A stretch of 52,948 nucleotides of DNA, filler included, from Squatina squatina (lineage: Eukaryota), in NCBI GenBank assembly GCA_031763465.1. It is 3 parts of 3 records of this genome, joined end to end, with 100 filler letters (N's around TTAATTAATTAA, not from the genome) between each part and the next. Parts side by side here need not be neighbours in the genome. Positions count along the whole stretch, not along the records: positions 1 to 27,750 come from JARFOE010000016.1; positions 27,851 to 40,496 come from JARFOE010000013.1; 1 more part is not named here. One strand, given 5' to 3'. Both the position numbers and the translations under genes were made by a program. Positions 23,743 through 36,390 of this stretch are shown in pieces; the first letter of the stretch is position 1, and each line of letters opens with the position of its first letter. Under the pieces are notes generated by a model. The model ran no database searches, was not told where the DNA came from, and worked only from the letters and a program-made list of their open reading frames with translations.

Positions 23743-26277
23743 CTCCATTCAGCCTGACTACATGCTGCCTGATTAACCCTTTCTTTCCCTGGTGTATCCT
23801 GACACCAATTTATGGCCAAGATTTATTTTGCCTCTTTTCTGAACAATGTCTGAAATGATTTCTGTTGCTACTTCACTGCATAGAAATGAATGCCAGTTAG
23901 GCACGGAAACTCGCCAACTCTACAAAAGGGATAAAGCTNNNNNNNNNNNNNNNNNNNNNNNNNNNNNNNNNNNNNNNNNNNNNNNNNNNNNNNNNNNNNN
24001 NNNNNNNNNNNNNNNNNNNNNNNNNNNNNNNNNNNNNNAGAAGATTTATTGTCTAATTGCAACCTCAGAGCTAGTTATGGCAACATTTGTAGGCTCAGTC
24101 ACTGCATCTTATTTTCTACTGAAGCAAAAATGCTAATTATAGGGTACAGTTCTGAATACCATTACCGACTGGCCACAGGCTTGTTTTACACATCTGAAGT
24201 TGTTAAGCAAGCCATAACCAATATATTTTATAGGGTTATGTTTTACTTAAATGCTGCACACATCAGAAACTAGTCTATACATGATCAATTCACTCAATAT
24301 TTATGAAGGGGAAAAAAATCCCGAGGGATAAGCCACATTATTGAAGTGAGAATTCCTGACTCTTACCTGATGTTGTCTTCTAGCAGTGGGAGAGAGAGCT
24401 GTGTCCTTCCCCTTTTAACTGACTCTTTTGATAAGAAAAGTGAAAAGGTCCAGACTTCAAACGGTGGAGGTCAAACGTGCGTGGAGCAGCAGGATGGGCC
24501 TTGTGCTGGCTTCTCTTTAGTTCCTTTCTATCCTTTCAGCAAACACCCTCTGTGTTCTGTACTTTGGTCCAGGGGAATACCACCAGTTCACAGGCAGCGG
24601 CTGTATGTAAGCAGTAAAGGGGATCAAAATCCTCCAGTTTGGCAGTTGCTTTCAAACTTCTCTTGCTTGAAGCAAGATATTCATACTCTTGAATAAGAAC
24701 AAGAGAGAACGAGAATGAGCAACTTCTGGTTTTATCTATTTCAGATATAAACAAATATCAATTCACACACGATCATTAATATTTTAACGTGTAATTGGCA
24801 AGCACAAACAGAAAATATACAGCGACATCAGCACTGTTATTTTGTATTTAGTATTTATGTTAACTTCTGCCCTTCTCCCTTATTTTTTCCACATGTTGGC
24901 ACAGCCCCTGACCTACATGCTGTCCTTCGCCAAACAGTGGCTGCAGAGGCCATAGTCATCTCGGCGGCTTCCAACACCAGTGACACATTTGGAGTCAGCA
25001 GGAAAGGAAACTTGCCTCCAAGGGATGAGCTGGGGCAAGTGGTACAGCCTGTCCCCAGAGTGACACACTGTACCACTACCGCGGAGCAAAACTGAAAGGG
25101 CTTCTCGTGCTTAATGGGGATTAACCTCCTCCAGGACATCAGCCTGAATTTACAGAAGGGGAAGACAGGCACATCAGTGCAATCCTGCTGAGCCTCTCCA
25201 GCTTGTTAAACCCTTGAGTCACAGTTAGCTTATTTTCCATTGTTTGAATCACATTGTGCCAAAGCCATAATAACGTTATTTACAAAAGTTCCCGGAGTGC
25301 CATTGCCTTCAAACGTATGCGTCAGTATATTTTCTTTGACAAGAAACTGCACAGCAAAATTAGAAATGTAAATGAAACTGTACATCACAGTATTATTGTT
25401 ATTTATTTATTCTCATTTATATACAGAGCAAGGGGTAATACACTTCAATGATGGATTTCACAGGTGGCCCCTTGGATAATAAAATATTTACGCCCAACAT
25501 TAGAATTTGCTTCATCTAATGCTGTTGATTTCTCGCTGCTCACTTCAAGTCATTCTTGCATGGATCAAAGGCTTGAAAGCTGATGAAGCACAATTATACT
25601 TGAGTTGTCTCCCTTTCTGAAGGGCNNNNNAATCACATTACAACCATTACTAAATGCCTAGTACAACAGTGTGCACTATATATAACTTCACGACATCAGC
25701 AGGGATAAAGGCAACCCAAAATGTTGGGAACGTGCAGTCTCACAATGCAACAATTTTAACAGCATGACTTAAACATTACTAAACCACCTTCATTCCTCAC
25801 AAAATATTGGCAGATGTACTGCATTCCTAACTATTTCCTACAATGCAGGAATCATATTATCTAACTAACATCAGGTTTATTGCCTTATTCTTTTCCATTT
25901 ATAAATTCTGATGATGTACCCAATTGTGTCATTATAGGTTCCTATTAAAAGCACAGAAAATATTCCCACAATAAACCCAGCAATGAGGTCCTGATCTCAG
26001 GCTGGGCTCTGTCGGGAAGCTGCTAAGTGGAGACAAAGCACGCCCCACAGGGAAGGATAAATATCTGCCAGCAGACTGACCCAGGCTGCACCTTAAAATG
26101 GCTGGCTCAAGAACAACACTAATAGAAAGGCGTGGATGCAGGTGACCAACCTGCTTTCATGGGGGTGGGGAGGAGGGGGGGCGCGGTGAATAATGGAAAT
26201 AAACGAAAATAAAATCCAAAGTATAGAGAGATTCATTCATGTTCTGAATTCAATTCGAAACTAAAATACAGTGGGGT

Positions 26278-26445
26278 GGGGTAATTTTGGTTTTGGGTGA
26301 TAGCGTAAAATGGGTTATATCGATTCAGCTGCCCGTTATACATCTTCCCCGATTTTTATTCCAATTGAAGTCATGGAAGTGAAAATTGGGAGAGCTGAAC
26401 CAATATCGGCCGTTTTACACTATCATCCGAAGTCAAAATTACTCC
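26278..26445. mobile_element. MITE with roughly 44-bp terminal inverted repeats (Harbinger-like ends)
   Basis: Left ggggtaattttggttttgggtgatagcgtaaaatggg versus reverse complement of the right end ggagtaattttgacttcggatgatagtgtaaaacggc. A related decayed copy appears at about 43940-44063. Confidence 0.8.
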
Positions 26446-27624
26446 AGGGGCCCTGTTGCTTCTTTTTTTTGTCTTTTTCTCTGGCAACACCTGAAACTAA
26501 AGGGCAGGGCAGGGAACCAGATGCTTGGCCTCTGCCAACATCTGTTACAAGTGTCCATCAGGATGCATAATAATGATCCAGAGATGAGTCTCCCTCTTGG
26601 GAGACATCTGGCCTCCTCCCAATGATGGGGATAAAACCTGCAAGGCAGAGTTAAGAGATTGAATAGTCTGACGCACCAGTGTACTGTGTCACCAATCCTG
26701 CTTGCTTCAGCTAGTGTGCATGAGATCAACAAATCAAAATGCACTGAAAGGTTTTAGGTTCTTCATTCCCAGTCTAATAAATAAGATCATAATGCTTTAA
26801 TTATATTCATTCAAATTCTGTTTCCCCAAAACTTTCTTTGCTTAGCCTTGTGGGAGCACTTAAAAATAATTAATACTAGTTCAAATCAGATTGTTTAAGT
26901 TACCTTAAGAATACTGATTTACTGAAAAAAATGGCAGCTATTTGTAAAAAGGTTCATGCATAATTGGTGTTTCTTACTGAATTTTTGAAGAAACTGACAC
27001 TGGAATATAATGGATCTGATTTTCATTACTTTCCAGTACAGAATAACCTCATTAAAATGGAATATCATTCAGTCCTATCCAACAAATGAGAACGTAGCCT
27101 ATGGGTTGATCAACTTATTCAAGTCGTAAACAGCTTTAAAAGGGCAATTAAGATAGTTTATCAAAGCAGGTTGACCAGTTAGAAGGAAAAATTGGGATTA
27201 ATTTTCATATGGAGCACACATAGGCAGGAGGTGGAATAGAACGATTGCACTCATTGTCTGACAATGCTAATGAGAGGCCTGAATCATTTTCATGGTTAGG
27301 CCTCATTTGGATAGATTCGGTGAGCTGTCCAGCAGCTTGACAATCATGTAGGGGCAGGGGTGGTGGTGGGCTCAGAAACCCAGTGACTCTTCTGTGGAAC
27401 CAAGCCAGAATTAAGCATTTAAGGGATTGGGGTGAGGAAGTGTGGGGGGAGATTGTTGGAGTGGGGGGGGCGGTCACTGAGCGGCCAGCAACAGGTGGGA
27501 AGAGTGTCCTGGGCCAGGGCCTTCTGGCCTCACAAAAGTAGTGGCAAAGGTTTTTTTGGGGGCATTTGGGAGCTACCTCCTTGCTTTAATATTTTAATAT
27601 GATTCCAGCCTGTTTTGGGTGAGA

Positions 27625-27750
27625 GCTGGGGTCGCGAAACCTCCAGGATTGCCCTGCATTCTGCAGGAATTACAGACTAATCTCCAGGACATTGCTGGGA
27701 GCAACCCAGGAAAAAAATCATAGCGGTGTTAATAAAATGGTGTTTTAAAA
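27625..27750 (+). mobile_element. Probable left end of a non-autonomous hAT-type element
   Basis: tggggtcgcgaaacctccaggattgccctg...aatctccaggaca resembles TAGGGTTGCCAAC-ended hAT elements as I recall them; cut by the linker. Confidence 0.45.
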
Positions 27751-27850
27751 NNNNNNNNNNNNNNNNNNNNNNNNNNNNNNNNNNNNNNNNNNNNTTAATT
27801 AATTAANNNNNNNNNNNNNNNNNNNNNNNNNNNNNNNNNNNNNNNNNNNN
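27751..27850. other. Artificial concatenation linker
   Basis: Exactly 44 N + TTAATTAATTAA (27795-27806, stop codons in all six frames) + 44 N. Confidence 0.97.
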
Positions 27851-28062
27851 TCCCCTGCTCTTCTTCAAAATAGTGCCATGGGATCTTTTACATCCACCTG
27901 AGAGAGCAGACAGGGCCTCGGTTTAACATCGCATCTGAAAGACACCACCTTTGACTTTGCAGCGCTCCCTCAGTACTGCACTGGAGTGCCTGGAGTGGAA
28001 CTTGAACCCACAATCTTCCGACTCAGAGGCAAGGGAGCTACCCACTGAGCCACAGCCGACAC
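27851..28062 (-). mobile_element. Deu-domain SINE, 5' half
   Basis: Reverse complement gtgtcggctgtggctcagtgggtag...gggttcaagttcc...cagtgcagtactgagggagcgctgca...aaagatcccatggcactattttgaagaagag. Confidence 0.9.
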
Positions 28063-31000
28063 TCAAAGAAAGCTAACGTAAATCCAGGAAATTAGCAAAT
28101 AACTTTGCATGGTTTCGACGAGGGTACTTGCGAAGTGACGCAAAAGAAAATTGTAGTGCACGGTGTTAATAATAGCGTATCTCACTTAAGCTATATTTTC
28201 CTGTAGATGCACCATTCTAATGGTGCAAGTCTCCAGGAAATTCTAGGCCATGATCTGCAATTGTAAATAGTAATAATTGCTATCCATGCTCCATACTTTC
28301 TCCAAATGTTACACCTTGCCAACTTTGAAAAGTTGGCAGCTTTAATATTGGGAATGGATGCCTGTTCGGGCACTGTCAGATGGCTTTTTAGGTCTCTTAA
28401 AATAAGCCATTATTAACATTTCTTAACTTTGTAATAACCTTTGACTTCACACTAAAATAGTTTAAAATTATACAAAGAAATATTTGTCATTAAATCTTTG
28501 ATGCACCAAGCCTGTGTATTGTTATGAAACTGTTTAGAAACCTGACTCATTTATCTTCAATAAATGTTTTACTCCAAGAGCATTTGTCATGTCTGTTTTT
28601 CAAAAGATGTGTTACATGTTCATGTGTGAACATGCTGACATTGACATTGTGAAGTAAATTAATGTGTACTAGTAGTTCAATAAATGTACAATTTTTTAAT
28701 AAATGTCACAAGGGTAATTTAAATTAAAAACATCATGGGGTATATTAATCAAAGCAGGTGCTGAAATGTTTTGCTTCACACAACAAGATCAAAGTGTGCT
28801 CCTTTTAATCTGCCTCTACTTCCAAGGAAAACAGATTAGAGAATGTTGGGCATTCATTGCCACTACATGTATTTAAGGTTTTAAATCAATTGAAGTAATC
28901 TTTACCTTTCCTTCGGCTCTAATCAAATCACTTCCAATATGAAGTCACGTTTCTCGGTATTCAAGCTTTGAAAAAAAGGTTAGTCATTTTAACTCTTTCC
29001 TACTCATATAGGTCAAAAACATCTACAGNNNNNNNNNNNNNNNNNNNNNNNNNNNNNNNNNNNNNNNNNNNNNNNNNNNNNNNNNNNNNNNNNNNNNNNN
29101 NNNNNNNNNNNNNNNNNNNNNNNNNNNNACAGTCATTCAATATCACAATTCTATGTTTAAATCTTGAAGTTCTTTTAAGAAGAAGTTTTGTTGATTGTGT
29201 GGTGATTGTGTCAGAAGATTAGTAGTTCTGGATCATTCCCATTTTAAACATTTCTTATCATACCGATGCTACAAACTGTTATCAGATTGACCTGTGCCCT
29301 AACACAAACATAGCCACTATCAGGAACAGACAGACTATAATCTGGCAACAATGTTACAAGACAAAAATAAACACAATGGAATATTAACAAACACAAAACA
29401 TTGTGACACATTTTAATGTTTACTTCTGCAGAGATTTCATTTTAAATTAGAGAAAACACTTTTATTAAATTCTATCACCAGAACCTCAAAAATGGTGACA
29501 ATTATTTTAAAGTTACTCCTTCACTTCATAGTCAAGGCTAAGATTTCCATTTAAGGAGTTGAAACCAACCTCTGCCATACAGCAAGTACATAACATTTTT
29601 TTGCAGTGATAAGGCCCCAGGCAGGACGTCATGAGAGGGCAGGAAGGAAGTACTATCGGGCCTGACAAGGGAGCAGCATGGTTTGGGAACCTGAAATTCT
29701 ACCCTGCTTTTTGACTAATCATCAACCTATGGAGTCTAAGATTTCAGTTCGTAAAATTTAAGATCAGACAGGAGAGTCTTTGTTACAAGTAAACAATTCA
29801 AATNNNNNNNNNNNNNNNNNNNNNNNNNNNNNNNNNNNNNNNNNNNNNNNNNNNNNNNNNNNNNNNNNNNNNNNNNNNNNNNNNNNNNNNNNNNNNNNNN
29901 NNNATCTCTTTTTATGGTGAGGATCCCTTAATCCCTGTTAAACTATATGTCAGACAGACATTGACATGTTTGTAGTTGGATCAAAACAGCTTTGTTTCAG
30001 TCTGAAAAATATCCTTGTGAACAATAAAGTGGGCGTTACCTGTTTGTATATTACAGAAATGAACAGAAAGGTTGATTTACTACAGAGCAAAAATCTGTGG
30101 CAAAAAAAAATCTTATGCATGCCACAAACTTGATAAACAGGATGAGTGTTTCCAAGAGGTGGGGATTTGCATACAAACAATGCAACAGTATCTGATCCAG
30201 TGGTCTTACAGCACATATTCAACCAGAGCCTATCCAATCTGTCAACAAATAGATCTTCAGGAAAGCCACATTTAAACTAGTTCCAAGAGTGAATCTAATA
30301 AAGGTCACTCTGGATGCTGTATCAATAATTAATAGAGCCGATTTTGCAATTTAGAATAAAAATGCAATGGAAAAGCTGTCAATAGTGATAGAAGTATCGT
30401 TATGAACTGGCTTGGCACCATCAGGGTGGCAGCATACATGGCAATGTCATTCTGCTATCACCTGTGAAGGCCTTTGATTCCGTCAACCGGGNNNNNNNNN
30501 NNNNNNNNNNNNNNNNNNNNNNNNNNNNNNNNNNNNNNNNNNNNNNNNNNNNNNNNNNNNNNNNNNNNNNNNNNNNNNNNNNNNNNNNNNNTTGTGACTC
30601 CACTTACAATTGGATACGCAGAGCTGGATTCCCTCCCTTATAGCTATTGATGTTGGGAGGGATTTCTTTCTCCCTACAGGCCTCGACTGAAACAGCTGCA
30701 CATGGAAATCCCAGGTCTGTTTGAGTGCTGCTCCCCGGGGACGTCTTATGATACTGCAAGTGTGCCTTTTAAGCATCTGTATTTGGAACCAGAGGGCATA
30801 CGTATTCAAACATGCATACATACAGTTCAATTTTCTTTTGGGTGGGGAGGTACCTTTGGATGGCAGTGTAATTTACATCTGCTAATAACCTGTTGCTTAC
30901 CAAATAAATCCTTAGACACCAATAGCTAGAAATAAATATCTAGAGGCTATCAGGGCACTGCCAGCAACCAAGGAGCTAGCTTTCTTTATCTAGTGAATCA

Positions 31001-32672
31001 AAGAAAAGCTCTGCAGCCCTTCCACATCCCAACGACAATGGTGGTGGACAACCCGGCAACTGACAGAAGGACGCTTCATGAAGATGCCCATGATTACCTG
31101 TGGTAGAGCCCAGTATGTGAGTACAAGAGACAAGGCTGGAGACTTTGCAAATGCATCGCCTGCCTTTTTCTTCCACTACATTCCTGTGTCACCTTCCAAA
31201 ACATCCATATCAAAAATGCAAGATTGTTCCTATTACCAACCAGCTCTAGACAACAGCACATTGATTTTGAGCATGAAGTTCTGATCCCCCTCCAATTAAC
31301 TGAAGTACCCTATTTCCATTTTATGTTGTTTGATTTATTGTTCCTTTTTCTTCGTTCTCTGATACCACCTCCCCCCAGCAGTACATCAAATGTATTCATT
31401 TGATCAAAAGTAGCCTTGTGTCTGTGCATGTTTGTCATTTGATTGGTCATCAATCTGACTTTGGTCATCAAGTCTATCATACTGGTTTCAACAGCAAAAA
31501 AATAGTTTTTCTAAAAGTGAGAACACTAAACAAATGATTCTTTTAACTGTTAATCACACTATGTGGCCTGCACAGTAACTGTGCTATTTTACATAATTTA
31601 CTTTTGTTTCATCAGTTTGCATAAACCAGCTCCTGACTGCACCATGGGCTCTGTCGTAGTTTGGAGAGTTAAAGCGAGCTGATTAAGTAGATATTCTGGA
31701 ATTAGATCATACACTTCATTCTTTGGCACAGGCATTAGAACTTCAATTAGAGTACTATAAATTTCATGTCCGTCTCCCTTTATTGGAGGCAGATCTTTCA
31801 AAGGGATTTTTTTAGTCAAATGGAGCAGTCTCCTCCTTAGGGTGTGTTATTTCCTTACACATTTAGTCAGAGGAAGAAGGTGGAATGAATGCTCAAGTTC
31901 AGGACGTCTTGCCTTTGCCTGTCATATAGCGTAGCAAACGTTGGTTTGTTTAGCTACTTCCTCGGGCAAAGGCTTGTTACTTAGAAAGTTAAGCTGAACA
32001 TATGTTAAACTGTCATCACACCGATACCATGCATACCGGCCAAATAATTGCTAATGACATATGAGCTATATTTTTCCAGATTTCTCTTCCTGCCACTTCA
32101 GAAGAAAAATAAAGTACAGCTGCGTTCCAACAAACATTACAGGAAAAATAACAAAACTTGTACGTTGCTGATAGAACATCAAGCACAGAAACAAAAAACA
32201 AATCAAACTTGACAGAAAATTGTTGTTGCAAAGTTGTCTATAGATTTGTAACAAGAACAAAAGCCAAGACCTATGCAAGAAGGAATTAGGGAATTCAGCA
32301 AAACAAGCTTTCCCCAGTGACATCACTTCAGGGCTTAAAACTATTTGCTTATCATGAACCTGTGGCAATCCAACCCTAGGCACACGCAAACCTTGCTATC
32401 TATAACCAACTGTCGGGCGTTAAATGGCCCTTCTTGCTCTGGGGCTTTCTCATTCTTATGTTCATTAGGGCAAAACCCTATTGGAAACTAGGGGGCCGAA
32501 ATTGGCCCTTTTTAGCGTCCAATTAGTGCCGCAAGACGCGCGCCGACCCGTATCGCGCAGCCACAATGCCCTNNNNNNNNNNNNNNNNNNNNNNNNNNNN
32601 NNNNNNNNNNNNNNNNNNNNNNNNNNNNNNNNNNNNNNNNNNNNNNNNNNNNNNNNNNNNNNNNNNNNNNNN

Positions 32673-32898
32673 CGACTTTGTTGAAAGAATGATAGAGGCA
32701 AGAAAATGTTTCCTTACACAGAGGGCGGTTAGGATGTGGAACTCTCTGCCACAAAATGTTATTAAGTCCATAAGTTATTTGAAAAGGGAATTAGATAACT
32801 GCTTGAAAAGAGAAATAGTTAAGGATATGGGAACAAGCAGGAGAGCGGGATTAGGTGGTGTGTGTGGAGAAAATGCTTGCACAAATTTAATGGGCTGA
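32673..32898 (+). mobile_element. CR1 LINE 3' fragment
   Basis: ARKCFLTQRAVRMWNSLPQNVI...KRELD, followed by CR1 3' UTR-like taatgggctgaaat. Confidence 0.85.
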
Positions 32899-34506
32899 AA
32901 TGAAGAAAGGCCATTTGGCCAAGATGGTTGTTAGCACCTGCGTAACCATGTTCCAGCATAACTCACTGCCTTCAGAGATTTGGAGAGTAAAAACCATAGA
33001 CAGGAAAATAAGATAAAACAGAAAAAAAATGGGTAATTTTATATTTTTATTATTTCCCATCCTACATTATAATCAGTCAGCCAGCAGAGAGGAAGCAGGC
33101 GATGTGAAGGATCATATCAGATGCTACATACTAGTCTGATTGGCATGAGCTGAATTTTCTATTTCTGAAGTAACTTCAAATAACTAGTACCCTAGGATTG
33201 AGTTCAAATCAAATCTATTCATTGTCTTGAACAATGACCAGACTTGCACATCAATCTGCTTGCTTCTCTTGAAAAGTCTTTTGCTAAGTAAATGCAACTG
33301 TTAAAGTAATTAAGTCAGGAATGCTACAGAAAGTAGATTTAATTCACTAATTTGGCCCATGAGTGAGTGAGTCATTGTAATGGAATTAGTTCTTCCACGT
33401 CAAACAGGAAAAAACTGATGTTATTGCAAAATGCTGTTGCGTCAATGTTTCAAAAATTGGCCTGTGCAGTGCTCAGAGTCAAGGAAACAGACTGATGGCA
33501 GCTTTCTTCATTATCCTCACAAGAAATGTTAACTTTGTTAAAGAAACATTTTTTACATTGGGGAGTTCTGGAAAGCTCAAAGCAACTTTCTAAAAAATCT
33601 GACTGTCATTATCTTAAAAAATCAGTTATAGCTATTATTAATTGAGGAAATTATACAGTTCAGGTTATGATATACTGAGGTGTGATTCTCAAAAAAAATC
33701 TACAATCCTACTTTGTGCTGTAACCCAGGACTCCAGTCTCTAGCTGCAGTCATTTTGAACACAATCGTTGTCTGAAATGTACAATGGACCAGTATTGTTG
33801 TTGTAATGTATCCTGATAATGCTTACCCAAGTTTATACATAGAGAAAAATGCAATTTCCTCATGTTGCTGTTATAAATTTTATGCTTTTGTTTTGTTTNN
33901 NNNNNNNNNNNNNNNNNNNNNNNNNNNNNNNNNNNNNNNNNNNNNNNNNNNNNNNNNNNNNNNNNNNNNNNNNNNNNNNNNNNNNNNNNNNNNNNNNNAT
34001 ATCAACATCTCTTATAACCTGGTTGCATTAATTTCCCTTTTTTAAATATAAATTGTGCACCATGTTTAATTAAGATTGCATGTATGAGTTGCTTGCAAAG
34101 CCTGCAAATAAAGCTTAAATTATATGCTGCGACTGCCATGTCTGTGTATCTGTCCATAGATTCTGCACAGTAACCATCGCTCATCTGTACTGAAAAGTGC
34201 TTGGGCGAAAAATTCGATGGGGCCTGAAAATGGGCACAGGGATTGCGATGTGCAATTAATCTGTGCCTGTTCAAAGTAATGCAGGCAGCACGCAAACTTG
34301 GCACTGCCTACTAATTTAAATGATAGTGGCATACAGCCCAGCGCTAACCATATTCAGTGGCTGCATGCTCAGCTGGGGGCTCAAGTTTGTGCAAGGAGAG
34401 CACCGATCAAAGCTAGCCTGCATTTCTTGAAGGGGAGGTGCAGTTTCATGTGACCAGATGCTGGAAGTCATTGCAGAAGGCAGTTTCAACTGGGAAACAT
34501 TCAGCA

Positions 34507-35150
34507 ATGCCGCAACAGCCCTGAGAAGGGGCTCCAAGGTTTGCAGATGCAGTACAGGAGGCCTTAGTGCAGGAGGTGGAAAGGAGAGAGAAGAGAGATC
34601 CTGTTTCCACAGGGGGCCAGTAGGCCCTCCAGACACTGCAAAGGCAGTAGGATCACCACAGAGGTCAATGCCAACTGTGTTGCCCTGAGGACCTGGATGC
34701 AGGGTAGGAAGAAGTTCAATGACCTCACATGAGTGGTCAAGGTCAGTGAATGCATGTTCACATGCCATATACCACAAATTGCACCACTAGCCTCCCAGAC
34801 TACTCAATTCACTACACCCCCATTACTCACTTACCAACAATCTCTATTAATCACAACTCATACCTCATGTTCATAAGCTCCATCTCACCCACACACACCT
34901 ACCACTGCTGCAAACCTCACAGCCACATCTCACAGCTTGCAGACACTGCCAGCTGTTCAACCATGGCAGCCACATCAGACAAACACTTTTGAACATTCTC
35001 ACTGACATGTTTCCCTCTCTCTTGCAGGATATGGTGTCACACAACTGTAGCCAGTGGCAGCTAACTGGAGAGGGACAGCCATGCCTTCACATCCTGCCTC
35101 CGCTCAAGGAAATGGTGCTCAGCATAATTGGAGTGGGAGTGATTGGGGCC
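34507..35150 (+). pseudogene. Decayed PIF/Harbinger Myb/SANT-like DNA-binding gene, two exons
   Basis: Exon 1 (34507-34741): MPQQP*EGAPRFADAVQEALVQEVERR, frameshift, ILFPQGASRP...EVNANCVALRTWMQGRKKFNDLT*VVK, donor GTcagt. Exon 2 from 35028 after ctctcttgcAG: DMVSHN...LTGEGQPCLHILPPLKEMVLSIIG. This follows the PRF..E.L / RT..Q.RKK.NDL / TGGG...L.P.EE pattern. The element end is probably near 34203. Confidence 0.85.
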
Positions 35151-36028
35151 NNNNNNNNNNNNNNNNNNNNNNNNNNNNNNNNNNNNNNNNNNNNNNNNNN
35201 NNNNNNNNNNNNNNNNNNNNNNNNNNNNNNNNNNNNNNNNNNNNNNNNNNGATAATATACTGGGAAACTTTAAGGTGAATTAAAAGAAACAATACCAAAA
35301 AAGTTAACAAACTGAAGGAATTATGCCCTTCCCCCAAACTATCAACTGCACTGTCCCCACATCCACAAATATAGCAACTCTAATTTCCTTTAAGTATATA
35401 CAATACATGCTCATGACAATAATATTAAAATTATTTTTGACAACGCCGTTAGATTATTTTGTAATTTCTTTATCTTTGAGATATTGCTTGGTTGAATTAA
35501 AAAATTCCCTTTTAGATCTTCTGAAGCATAAATACTTCAGGTCAAATATTGAGGAGGTCAATTGCCACACAAGTATGATTTTTAAGAGCTGACATCATGT
35601 GGCACACACCAGTAACAACTTCCTACTATGCAGCCTGGCAGCAGCCTTTCCTGTTATGGCAGTCCTGGAAAGTCAAGCAGAAATCTGTTATTGCTTATAT
35701 AAATGTCTCAACAAACATAGGAAATTAAATTGAATCTGTCGCAGCTGATAATTTTTAGTATATAAACATGCCATAGATTCTTGAAATCCCAAAAGGAAAA
35801 AAAAACTTTTGCAAGATAATATATGCAGCAGAATCACCAAATGCAATACGTCTGCACATTGGAAGGATTCCATAAACTAAGATATGCCATACTACTAGTA
35901 AATTATTCTTAATATAATGTGTACCTATATCAGACAAATTTTGCTTGTAGTTCTAATTATAGGATTAACCAGATTTTTCTATTCCTGTTTGATCACTTGA
36001 GTTGATAATGGCAGGATTGTAATATAAT

Positions 36029-36390
36029 GTCAGTTTGGCTCAGTTAGTTTAGCTGTGAGTAGGAGGTTGAGAGTTTAAGCCCCAGTCAGGCATTTAAACT
36101 CATAATCTAATCTGACACTTCGATGCAGTGCTGCGTTGTTGGAGGTGCTGTCTTTCAGATGAGGCCCTGTCTGCATTCGAGTGGATGTTAAAGATCCCAT
36201 CACGCTATTCAATAAATAGCAGAGTTTTGACCAACATGCCTCCCCAACCAACGCCATCAAAAATAAATCAACTAGTCATTTATCTCATATGCTATTTGTG
36301 TATCCTTGTTGTATCCCACCTACACAAACAACAGTCAATATGCTTTAAAAAGTACTATGCTCTTAGTATGTGATAAGTCACTATGTAAAG
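36029..36390 (+). mobile_element. Deu-domain SINE, diverged
   Basis: ttggctcagttag head, gtgctgcgttgttggaggtgctgtctttcagatgag core, and gtggatgttaaagatcccat. Confidence 0.8.

Noticed and set aside
26181-26192. gcgcggtgaat resembling part of miR-124
   Set aside because: The seed (TAAGGCAC) is absent and there is no hairpin.
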